Origin: Octopus vulgaris
Taxonomy: Eukaryota
Direction: 5' to 3'
Assembly: GCA_951406725.2 (NCBI GenBank)
Contig: OX597840.1
Coordinates: forward strand, 21,142,001 to 21,206,000
DNA: 64,000 nucleotides
Shown piece by piece: positions 1-11,394 of this stretch; within the stretch, counting starts at the first letter, position 1, and each line of letters begins with the position of its first letter. Position numbers and translations under genes: made by a program. The notes beneath the pieces were generated by a model, which saw only the letters and a program-made list of their open reading frames with translations, was not told where the DNA came from and did not search any database.

Positions 1-230
1 TGTCACGCAAATGGTACCTGTGCTGGCGACACGTAAAGACACCCATTACACTCTCAGAGGGGTTGGCATTAGGAAGGGCATCCAGCCGTAGAACCCTTGC
101 CAAATCAGACTGGAGTCTGGTGCAGCCTTCCATTCTTGCCAGCCCTGGTCAAACTGTCCAACTCATGCCAGCATGGACAATGGGTGTTGAATTATTATGA
201 TGATGATGATGATGATGAAGATGATGAAGG

Positions 231-277
<47 letters not shown>

Positions 278-741
278 TTTATGTATTTGTTTTGCAAGGT
301 ATGTGATGGGAAATCATGTGTTGAAGCAGATATTGTTATATTTGGTGGTGGTCACATTTTTGCCAATTAAAAACACACACACTAATTATATGTGGTCTTC
401 TCTTCAGCTTTATTATTATTGTTGTTGTTGTTGTTGTTGTTATTTTAGTGTCCTTTGTCTGAAATCTTTGGTGACACCTCCTGTGACCTCTTCAGCTCTT
501 CTTCACCCCACGTGTCATTCTGTTTACTCTTTTACTCTTTTACTTGTTTCAGTCATTTGACTGCAGCCATGCTGGAGCACCGTCTTTAGTCGAGCAACTC
601 GACCCCGGGACTTATTCTTTGTAAGCCCAGTACTTATTCTATCGGTCTCTTTTGCCAAACTGCTAAGTAACGGGGACATAAACACACCAGCATCAGTTGT
701 CAAGCAATGCTAGGGGGACAAACACAGACACACAAACACAA

Positions 742-802
<61 letters not shown>

Positions 803-1276
803 TACGACAGGCTTCTTTCAGTTTCCGTCTACCAAATCCACTCACAAGGCATTAGTCGGCCCGGGGCTATAGCAGAAGACACTTGCCCAAGATGCCACGC
901 AGTCCATTTGTAAAACATAACTAAAATAATTATTCTGTTCATGTTTTACGAATGGACAAAACAGGAGGAGACGAGTGGGATGGAGAGCTGCTGAAGAGGA
1001 CTCAGGATGTGTGATGGAGGATTTCAGACAGACGACATTTAAGACAAGAACAATAATTGGGCTGAAGTGAAGAACAAGTGGAAAGTGTGTCTGGTCAATT
1101 GGCCAAAAATGACCATCCCCAAATATAACAATATATATCTGTTCCTATCCTCATTCTTGACCTGTGTGTGTATACATACATACATTTTGATAATCAGTGA
1201 ATAGACTTCACTGAGTTATAGATATATACAATTACGAAGTCGAGACAAATATCACCAGCTGACCGGTGTCTGCTAC

Positions 1277-1321
1277 TCTAGGCCGATGAAGGACAACGAT
1301 CCTGAAACACGTGTCCCTAGA
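1277..1321 (+). ncRNA. Minimal type-I hammerhead ribozyme motif (Penelope-like element type)
   Basis: tctagg-CCGATGA-agga(caacga)tcct-GAAA-cacgtg-TC-cctaga: 6-bp stem I, 4-bp stem II, palindromic stem III, GUC site. Confidence 0.7.
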
Positions 1322-1487
1322 TGCAGCTTCGGCAGCCGGGGATGTTTGTCTCCCCTTCGTATATGTATATAAGGACACAGGGAAAAATGTGTCAAAGCCA
1401 TCAGGAGGTGTTCGATGCTTCCTAGGGCTATACAGCAGTGGTGTACCCCCCTACTGTTACGTTCTTGTTAGATTGACAGTATACAAC

Positions 1488-1534
<47 letters not shown>

Positions 1535-1544
1535 CATTATATAT

Positions 1545-1643
<99 letters not shown>

Positions 1644-1677
1644 CATACATACATATATATATACATATATATATATA

Positions 1678-2062
1678 TGTGCCGGTGGCACATAAAAAGC
1701 ACCATCCGAACGTGACCGATGCCAGCGCCACTCCGACTGGCTTCTGTGCCGGTGGCACATAAAAAGCACCATCCAAACGTTGCCAGCGCCGCCTCGGCTG
1801 GCTTCCATGCCGCTGGCACGTTAAAAGCTCCAACCGATCGTGGCCGATGCCGGACGCCCCCTGGCACCTGTGCAGGCGGCACATAAAAAGCACCCACTAC
1901 ACTCGCGGAGTGGTTGGCGTTAGGAAGGGCATCCAGCCGTAGAAACTCTGCCAGATCAGACTGGAGCCTAGAGTAGCCCCTGGCTTCCCCGGTCGAACCG
2001 TCCAACCCGTGCTAGCGCGGAAAACGGACGTTAAACGATGATGATGATGATGATGATGATGA
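1678..2062 (+). mobile_element. SINE/RTE-tail family with internal ~58-bp minisatellite and (GAT)n tail; relatives at 1-275, 7465-7766, 9090-9525(-), 21220-21465, 24405-24900(-), 25138-25485(-)
   Basis: Repeated gtgccggtggcacrtaaaaagcacc units, then ggttggcgttaggaagggcatccagc and a gatgat tail. Confidence 0.8.
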
Positions 2063-2358
2063 TATGTGTGTGTGTGTATATATATTATAGGTGTAGGAGT
2101 GGCTGTGTGATAAGTAGCTTGCTTACAAACCACATGGTTCCGGGTTCAATCCCACTGCGTGGCACCTTGGGCAAGTGTCTTCTACTGTAGCCTTGGGCTG
2201 ACCAAAGCCTTGTGAGTGGATTTGGTAGACGGAAGCTGAAAGAAGTCTGTCATATATATGTATATATATATATATATGTATGTGTGTGTATGTTTGTGTG
2301 TCTGTGTTTGTCCCCCAACATCACTTGACAACCAATGCTGGTGTGTTTATGTCTCCGG

Positions 2359-2520
2359 AAAAGACCACCCGGAAGACCTCCACGACGGTGGAGTGACGAT
2401 TTCAAGAGGACGATTGGAATCACGTGGACGAGAAAGGCGCGATCCAGAGAGGAGTGGACAGCGTGCTGTGACCAGCAGTGTCAAATGGACACCTGACGGA
2501 CTAGTCGGTCAAGGTGATAT
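2359..2520 (+). mobile_element. RTE-type LINE 3' end fragment
   Basis: KRPPGRPPRRWSDDFKRTIGITWTRKARSREEW...* (2359-2496), a typical RTE ORF C-terminus. Confidence 0.75.
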
Positions 2521-3196
2521 ATATATATATATAATACAAAATAAGAAAATGGAGAAATACATCCAAATCAAATATCAACCCCTATCTCAATTTGTATATA
2601 TATATATGTCTCATTTATATCTATATTTTGACCAACCATAAAGGGCTAATATTGGTAAAATGAGACATAATTATCGACGTGGCTGAAACAGCTGTAAGAT
2701 CTAATTTATACTTATATTTATATTTACTTGTATTTATATTCTTTTTTATATATATTCTAATTATTATACAACATTACTCTTTTATGTACACCTTTTTATG
2801 CACATTCCTTTATGTACACTGATTTGTTCTGCTTTTTATATTTAACCCTACAGTCTCTTATGTGGTGGTTTAATAAAGTATGTGATTGAGTATTATCTGG
2901 TAATTGATATTTGATTTAGATGTATTTATGCCCTCTAAGGGATCGAAGTATCCAGAGGCACTTCTGGTAATTACCTCTGTAAGTATGGTCCTTGATATAA
3001 GGTATACGGAAGCAGGTAATTTAAAAAGGTAAACCGTGGTTTAATGTATATATAGATGATAAGAAAATGGAGAGAAAACAACAAATATACTACCAAAGTA
3101 CAGGTATGTATACAATTAATTGAACTCAGCTGAGTATATTATCAGCCCCTGGCCTAATTCAGAAACATACATTGTATGGAATATACAGTCCATAAT

Positions 3197-3517
3197 ATAT
3201 TGGGTTGGCAACTAAGTTCCTGCCGGTTTTTTTTAATTTCAGAATTTATGGCATTTTTAAATTTTGGAATCTATATTTTTCAAGAATTCTATTTTTGAAT
3301 CATTTTGGAATCTATTTTGTTTTTTTCAAATTAATTTTAGCTAATTTTTGTTTACTTTCAGATCATTAAAATGGAATGTCAAATTAGGAAAAACGAGCAT
3401 TTTCGACACCTTCTTTTTGCTTTTAATCAAGGTTCTAAGGCCGCAAAAGCTGCTCGTGACATTTGTGCTGTGTATGGAGAGGGTGCCATAGCTGAAAGAA
3501 CTGCTTGTGATTGGTAT
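3197..3517 (+). mobile_element. mariner transposon left end and transposase N-terminal (HTH) remnant
   Basis: TIR-like tattgggttggcaactaagt; EHFRHLLFAFNQGSKAAKAARDICAVYGEGAIAERT..W. Confidence 0.85.
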
Positions 3518-4077
3518 ACACAAGATTTAGGTTTTTCAGAGGTACAGCCCCCTAAAAATCCCCTGCGTATTATACTCAAGGGTAGACTATACTCAAGGAT
3601 TTACGGTCCTTCGCCGTCCTCAATTATAGCGTTCGTAATACTTTTTTTCGTTCGGCGTTAACAGCCCTTCTTGTCTTGTTATTCTCCTTGTCCTGTCTTT
3701 TACTCTTTATACTTTGTACTGTCGTTACTGTCCTGTTTTTGTTACCATTTTTACCCCTCTGCAAAAAGATCTCAAATTTTATTTGATTTGCTTTTCGCAG
3801 GAAGGAAAGTTTCTATCGAAGATGCGTGTCGCCTTCACCTTCAAAACGTAGAGTAGATGAAACCATGGCGACTGAAGAAGGGGTTTTTTCCTTGTGTTAT
3901 TTGTCCTGTACTCTATTTTTTGTTGTTGTTTAAGAAAAATGTCCAGTTCCTTGGTGTTTTCGTTTCTCATTGTGTTCAACGTTTTTTTGGTGTCCTGTAC
4001 CCATATATGCGTGTATATATACATGTAGAGGTTGGTACGCACATATATGTATGTATATATGCATATGTTTTATTTAT

Positions 4078-4124
<47 letters not shown>

Positions 4125-4514
4125 CTTTGATACTTAGATAAGTTTTGGTCTGTATTGTCCCAGGCCATTCATGCAAAAATTACGCTTTGTGAGGTTACTT
4201 CCTAATAAATAACATGATATTGTGGTTGTAAGTGAAGCACTTTAAGTGACTTGGCCTAAATTTAAATAAACAAAGGCGCAGATATGATTGCGTCAGAGTT
4301 GTGAGCTTAAATTAACTTCCCACTCAGATCGCTTCAACTTCGGTTGGACTGCATGACACCTTGGGCAAGTGTCATCTTCTAACAATGGCCAGGACAAACT
4401 AAGTCTTGTGAATAGATTTGGTAGATGGAAACTGGAAGAAGCCTGCCCTATATACATACATATATATATATATATATATATTTAAATATGTGTGTATATG
4501 ACGCTAAATGATGA

Positions 4515-4546
<32 letters not shown>

Positions 4547-4549
<3 letters not shown>

Positions 4550-4860
4550 GAGGTGCAATGGCCCAGTGGTTAGGGCAGCGGACTTGCGGTCGTAGGATTG
4601 CGGTTTTGATTCCCAGACCGGGCATTGTGAGTGTTTATTGAGCGAAAACACCCAAAGCTCCACGAGGCTCCGGCAGGTGAGGTGGTAGCAATCCCTGCTG
4701 TACTCTTTCGCCGCAACTTTCTTTCCCTCTTTCTTCTGTTGGCCTGCTCGCTTAGCCAGCGGGGTGGCATCATTTGAAGGCTAAAACAATGTGAAGCACA
4801 TTGTGACCAGTGATGTGTAGAAACATCTGATAGCCTGGTCGGTCATGGTGATCACGGTGA
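4547..4860 (+). mobile_element. tRNA-derived SINE
   Basis: tRNA-like head tggcccagtggttagggcagcggact..gattccc, non-tRNA body, flanked by (TA)n. Confidence 0.7.
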
Positions 4861-5190
4861 TATATATATATATATACATTGATACAAGCATCCATCCAGC
4901 CAGCCATCCTTCCATACATATACACACACACATATATACATACATACATACATACATACATACACATATATATATACTTAGAAGGTGAGCAAAAGTGTAA
5001 CTGCCCGAAAGTGTAAGGATAGTTTGGTAACTTGACTGATGAGAGGAGGCTGTGAATGACTCATCCTTGTTTTTTCCTGTCCATCTTTGTTCATCTTCTT
5101 ATTGTTTTTCCTGTCCTTCTTTGCATCGTCTATCTGTGCGGATGGTTTATTGTAATCTATTGTCTTCTTGTTCCATTTTTGGATTTATAC

Positions 5191-5239
<49 letters not shown>

Positions 5240-5269
5240 GCGAGAATGAAGCAACAAGAATGGATAGGT

Positions 5270-5360
5270 TTTTAGTACAATCGTTTCATACAAGGACAGG
5301 TTTTATTAAAAGTTGAAAAAATTACACCATATAAACGTGTCCCGTACTCATCAGCTAAAA
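5270..5360 (-). ncRNA. Hammerhead ribozyme motif with long stem-II loop
   Basis: Minus strand ttttag-CTGATGA-gtacgggaca...tgtccttgtat-GAAA-cgattg-TA-ctaaaa; GUA site. Confidence 0.65.
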
Positions 5361-7401
5361 TACATGTGAGTTCTCTAGACATCCTAGTGGTTGAGGCTAT
5401 ACTCATGAAGTAATGTAGATAATTAAGTAACATAAACAGATTTCAAAAGTTCATTAAAGTTCTTTAAAGATGATGTACAGTCTTATCACAGAATTTTAAA
5501 AAAGTTTTAATAGCATCACAGAGAAGGTGACCTAATCCATAGTGCACATATGAATTTCCAGAGATATGATGAGGGATTACATACTCACAGAAGACAAATT
5601 TATCCATTGTTAATTACAACGAGGTGGGTTTCAATTCCTGCTTATTAGCATTACAGAGAGGGTGAATTAATCCTTTGTATAGATGCACAATTTCCAATGG
5701 TGTAGATGTAAATTTCCAGAGAAATGAAGAGAAATTTCATATTCACAGGCGATAAATTTATCAATGGTTGAACACAATGAGGTAGGTATCAATTCTTGTT
5801 ATATGATTAGGTATTTGCCACATTAATCACATTACTGCTATTTACAAGAGGCTGTAGCTATTTAACTTTTAAAGGCTGAAGGGCTTTCTAGAGCGGTAAA
5901 GAATAGAAAAGGAAGGGAATAGAAGAAAAGAGAGAAAATAAAGGAGGAGGGAGCAAAAAAAGGGGGGGGACTAAAAGAGAAGAGAAAAGGAAAAAGAGAA
6001 TAAGAAGAAGAAAAAGAAAAAAGAGAAAGAGAAAGAAATAGGGAAGGAAGGGAAAAAAGTAAAAAGAAGAAAGAAGAAAGAAAAAGAAAAAAAAGAGGGT
6101 TCTAGTTATACAGAAGAATTAGTAGACGGCAAGTCTGGTTTTAATTTACAGGCATCTAGGAACTAGAGGAGAATATTATTCTTTGACCAGTAAAACAGCT
6201 AATTTATTGCTGTTGAAATCAGCTATGAATTTAAAGAGAATCTAAAGAGATAACACAGTCAGGGGTTTAGGGGTCAGATGCTAAAATCACCAGAAAATAC
6301 ATTAGGAAAAACTAGGTATAATCTTATCAAAAAGTCATTAAAATTTACTTATTTAATTTATTCATTTTATTGTCTTAAGGAATTGCCGTTATTATTCATA
6401 CATTGACGGACTACAGGTCAAATCTTAGAAGATCATTTACAAGGTGTTAGGGGATTGTTTATCATAATGAAGATAATCATATTATCACTGAGGGAATAGC
6501 CTTATTTATTTAGTTTTGAAATAGAATTATGGGTCTATAGTAACTCATTTTTATTTATTAGAGTTATGCTAATTAAATTAGATTAAGTTAGGAATTAAAA
6601 TTAAAAATTACAATTAAGATTTAAAATTAAGAATTTAAAAATTGTGAGTTTGAAATTAAATAAAGCCTCAATTAAGCAGCGAATAAGTACTATTCATTTC
6701 CCTGTTCTCAAAAAACTGATGCAGATATAAGGAAAAAGATAAAATTAATATAAAATTATATTAAAAAAATATGTTTCTTGTTACAATGTAATGGACGTGT
6801 TTAGGAGACGTCACATCATTTTGAACTACAAACAATTTGGTTGCTAAGACGTTGTCAAGTGACTAAACAGATATTATTTGTTAGTTGTCAATTATCCTAC
6901 TTGACTTTATTTTTTGCCACGTGGTTTTGCTTTGTTTAAGTAGATTTAAGTAGTTATTCAATTCAACCCTTTAACAAAATTGATTGGGCCCCCAAAGACT
7001 GCATCCAAATTTCTCTGGCGTCAAAATGACCCAATTTTGATGTAATTGTAATAAAAAAAAAAAAAGCAACATCATTTCTCCAAAACCTGAAGTGATAAAA
7101 TTTCTGGAAAAATCCTTTTGTTTCATAATTAGGATTTTAAATTTATTTTATCTCATTTGTTTTATACTTTTTAGATTTATAATTGTAGTCTCCATATAAA
7201 CAGGTTCAATAAACCTTTTGAATTCAAAGAATCTATGATTTTCTTCCTTTCAAATTGAAGGGGTAACATCAGCATAAATAAATATATTTTGGGGTAACTG
7301 GCTAAAAAAATTCCCTGACCCCTGATATAAATGAATCATTTGTGAAGATCGTTCAGCAAACCTCTATATACTCATACATCATCTTCAACAGGAGAATCCA
7401 T

Positions 7402-7463
<62 letters not shown>

Positions 7464-7786
7464 GACTGGCCTCCGTGCCGGTGGCACGTAAAAAGCACCA
7501 TCCGATTGTGGCCATTGCCAGCCTCGCCTGGCCCCCGTGCCGGTGGCACGTAAAAAGCACCACCCGATCGTGGCCGTTGCCAGCCTCGCCTGGCCCCCGT
7601 GCCGGTGGCACGTAAAAAGCACTCATGGAGTGGTTGGCGTTAGGAAGGGCATCCAGCTGTAGAAACACTGCCAGATCAGACTGGGCCTGGTGCAGCCTCC
7701 TGGCTTTCCAGACACCAACTCGAACCGTCCAACCCATGGAAAACAGACGCTAAATGATGATGATGATACACACACATACAGATTAT

Positions 7787-9043
7787 ATTAGGTTGTTTCA
7801 CATGAAATGTCACATTTTTAATTACTTGTTATTTCAGTTATTTAAAAACTTAGTTACGTTTACCTTGCATTTAATCTTGACTCTTTTTCTTTCCCAACAA
7901 TATTGGTCTACAAAATTTGTACCCACAGAACTTTATGAAAATGATAACAACCAAACTATGTTGAGGGATTTTCTCGTATGAATACAAACTGGGTCCCTCT
8001 GCCGCAGAAGCTCTACAGAATATCAAGGGGTCCTTTGGTAAGGGTTTTGTTGATATCAGAACTATTCAGAGATGGTTCCAAAGCTCTCATTCAGGAGATG
8101 ATAGCCTTGAAAATAAACCAAGGGGTAGGCCAAAACTAGTTATTCAGCATGATGGATTAAATGCTTTGGCTGAACAAAATCCGAGAACAAAGGTTCGAAA
8201 ACTTCCATCAGAACTTCAAACATCTCACACAACAATAGGCGCAGGAGTGGCTGTGTGGTAAGTAGCTTGCTTACCAACCACATGGTTCCGGGTTCAGTCC
8301 CACTGCGTGGCATCTTGGGCAAGTGTCTTCTAATATAGCCTCAGGCCGACCAAAGCCTTGTGAGTGGATTTGGTAGACGGAAACTGAAAGAAGCCCGTCG
8401 TATATATGTATATATATGTGTGTTTGTGTGTCTGTGTTTGTCCCCCTAGCATTGCTTGACAACCGATGCTGGTGTGTTTACGTCCCCGTCACTTAGTGGT
8501 TCGGCAAAAGAGACCGTTAGAATAAGTAAAGTACTGGGCTTACAAAGAATAAGTTCCGGGGTCGATTTGCTCGACTAAAGGTGGTGCTCCAGCATGGCTG
8601 CATTCAAATGACAAACAAGTAAAAGAGTAAAAGAGAAAAGAGTAACTGTTTTTGGAGACATGTAAAAAATGGAAAAGTCAAAGAACATCAACTGAACGAG
8701 ACTCAAAAGAAACAGATGCCTTGAAGTGTGCTCCTTATTGCTTTCTTGACTGGAAAAAGGCCATTTTTGCATCAAATTATTACTTATGGTGAGAAATGGA
8801 TACTCTTTGACAACAGCAGGAGAACAGGACAATGATTAGATGCAGGAGAGTCACCTAAACACTGCCCAAATCCTCCATTGCACCCTAAAAAGTTAGAGGT
8901 CACTGTATGCTGATCTGCAAAGGGAGTTATTCATTATTTATTTTTGCAACAAGGGAAAACGGTAACAGCAAAATTGTATTGCCAGGAAATTGATTGTATG
9001 CATGAGAATTTGAAAAAGAAGTAACCCAGACTAGTGAATAGAG
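7787..9043 (+). mobile_element. Decayed mariner transposon interrupted by a SINE
   Basis: TIR-like attaggttg; TIQRWF..GDDSLENKPRGRPK before the SINE; EKWILFDN, LHPKK, KGVIHY, TVTAKLYC, RLVNR after it. Confidence 0.8.
8238..8640 (+). mobile_element. Full-length tRNA-derived octopus SINE (OK-like), nested in the mariner; relatives at about 523-900(-), 2089-2357(+), 22360-22780(-), 27669-28170(+), 30265-30665(-), 33205-33565(-)
   Basis: A/B box head (tggctgtgtggtaa..ggttcagtccc), internal TA/TG microsatellite, tail ggtgctccagcatggc..gtaaaaga repeats; multiple high-identity copies. Confidence 0.85.
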
Positions 9044-9047
9044 AAAT

Positions 9048-9093
<46 letters not shown>

Positions 9094-9644
9094 TCATCAT
9101 CATCATCATTATCGTTTAGCGTCCGCTTTCCATGCTGGCATGGGTTGGATGGTGCAACTGGGGTCTGGGAAGCCAAAAGGCTACACCAGGCCCAGTCTGA
9201 TCTGGCAATGTTTCTACAGCTGGATGCCCTTCCTAACGCCAACCACTCCATGAGTGTAGTGGGTGCTTTTTACATGCCACCTGCACAGGTGCCAGACAAG
9301 TCTGGCAAACGGCCACGGTCGGATGGTGCTTTTTACATGCCACCTGCACAGGTGCCAGACAAGTCTGGCAAACGGCCACGGTCGGATGGTGCTTTTTACG
9401 TGCCACCAGCACGGAGGCCAGGCGAGGCTGGCAAATGGCCATGATCGGATGGTGCTTTTTACGTGCCACCGGCACTAGCAATGGCCACGTTCGGATGGTT
9501 CTCTTATGTGCCACCAGCACTGAATCACAGCGACAATTTCTATTCATGTTGATCCATTTTGATTTTTGATTTTGTCATTTTTTGATTTTCTGATATACAT
9601 ATTTTCTGATATACATATATATATATATGTATATATATATATAT

Positions 9645-9822
9645 GTCGCGAATTTTAGCGACGAAAATATTTTGACAAATTAAACTTAAATGTTGAAGTG
9701 ATTCGAACGGCTTTTGTGTGTTTCTTAAATGGCTTACAAACACCTTCCACGCTGCAATTGTTTTCGTTTCAGCACACGATCTCAGATCAAATTACTTGCT
9801 ATGCGAGTACATCTCCGTAATA
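9645..9822. repeat. Dispersed ~180-bp repeat (likely DNA transposon end); inverted copy at about 34095-34272
   Basis: gacgaaaatattttgacaaatt...gtacatctccgtaata and its reverse complement, high identity. Confidence 0.75.
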
Positions 9823-10181
9823 TATATATTGAGTAAATTGAAACTAAGCAGGAGGGTGATTGCATTGTTCATTCAAATGGAGTCGCTTGAAACGGTTGCT
9901 GTTCATTACTACTTGACATCCTCTTACTCATTTTGGTTTTATTCAACTTATTTCGACCTGTGCGACAAATAATACCAGACTGTCTTGGTGCTTCAACTGA
10001 AGTACCTAATTCAACTGGATATATACATACGAGTATATATCTACTTATGCACATACATATATATGTGTGTGTTTGTGTATCTGTCTATTTATCTATCTAC
10101 CTGCCTGCCTGTCTGTCTGTCTATCTATCTATCTATCTGGCTATCTATCTATCTGTCTATCTATTTATCTATCTATCTATC

Positions 10182-10218
<37 letters not shown>

Positions 10219-10369
10219 CCTACCTATCTATCTATCTATCTATCTATCCATGCATGCATCCTATGCACATACCCATACGTGAAAGTGGTTGAAGCATCCG
10301 CTCCTCACCTCCCTGCAAAAACAAGGGAGGTAATAAAGCTCTCGATTCAGGCAGGATAACCTCCCTTAG

Positions 10370-10388
10370 ATCTGGAAACTTCTGGAAG
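10370..10388. promoter_or_regulatory. Heat shock element (HSF site) upstream of CHORDC1
   Basis: aTCtgGAAacTTCtgGAAg: three perfect alternating nGAAn units plus one imperfect unit, just before a CT-rich 5'UTR-like tract. Confidence 0.65.
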
Positions 10389-10913
10389 TCAACGACCGTT
10401 CCTCATCACAACCCAACAACTCTGCCTCCGTCGTCGTCTTTTCCTCCTCTTTAAACCCAAAGAAACACCGGCTTCTTCTCACCGTCTTCCCTTCCAAACA
10501 CTTCTCCTTCTCGACATAACACACACACCACACCACACAACCACTGCCTATCCTCTGCTCTCTCTCTCTCTCTCCTATCCATATCCTCTGCACACCGTCT
10601 TTCTCTCCATATACACTCTATACACACTGCTTATAATATATACACATACACTATATTATTTATTTATACACACAAACACACACACATTATATTATATTTA
10701 TATACACATACTATATTTATATATACACACACACATATATATATACACACACATTATATATTATATACACACCCACATTTATATATTTATATACACACGC
10801 ACACACAATATTTATACACACGCACACATATAATATTTATACACACGCATACACATTTATATATCCTATACTTTTGTCGGTTGTCTGAGCCGGTACAAGT
10901 TTTCTCTCCCAAG

Positions 10914-10951
<38 letters not shown>

Positions 10952-11333
10952 CTCTGTCTGTTTGTCTCTCTCTCTCTCTCTCTCTCTCCATATATATATA
11001 TACACACACACACCTCTGTTTCTCTCTCTCTCTCTCTCTCCCTATATACACACACACACAACGAACCCGCTTCTCCCAACCGGTCTCTAACAACAACAAC
11101 CGCCTCTACACACACACACACTCTAATCCGGTCTAAGCATTTACTGTTACTCATCCGGTTGCACAAACCTTAACACACAACACACACCTCTCTCTCTCTC
11201 TCTTTCTCACCTACAAACACACATATATATATATACATATACACACACATACAGTTGACACACACACACCCCTATATATATATCTTTCTACATATATACA
11301 TACATACACCCATATATACATCCAGGGTTAGCA

Positions 11334-11394
11334 ATGCCGAAATGTTACAACAGGACGTGTGGCCAGGATTTCGATCCGGCTTCCAATTCTGATG
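11334..11394 (+). CDS. CHORDC1: CHORDC1 coding exon 1 ([20 protein letters not shown])
   Basis: ATG at 11334 in gcaATG context; donor G|gtgagt; matches the CHORD N-terminus CYNRxCGQxFDP. Confidence 0.93.

Noticed and set aside
97-306. Poly-Asp ORF
   Set aside because: It is the (GAT)n tail of a SINE
4547-4625. tRNA gene
   Set aside because: tRNA-like SINE head without a proper acceptor stem, continuing into a SINE body
9255-9525. CRISPR-like array of palindromic repeats with spacers
   Set aside because: Spacers are related or duplicated, the array is internal to a multicopy SINE, the DNA is eukaryotic and there are no cas genes
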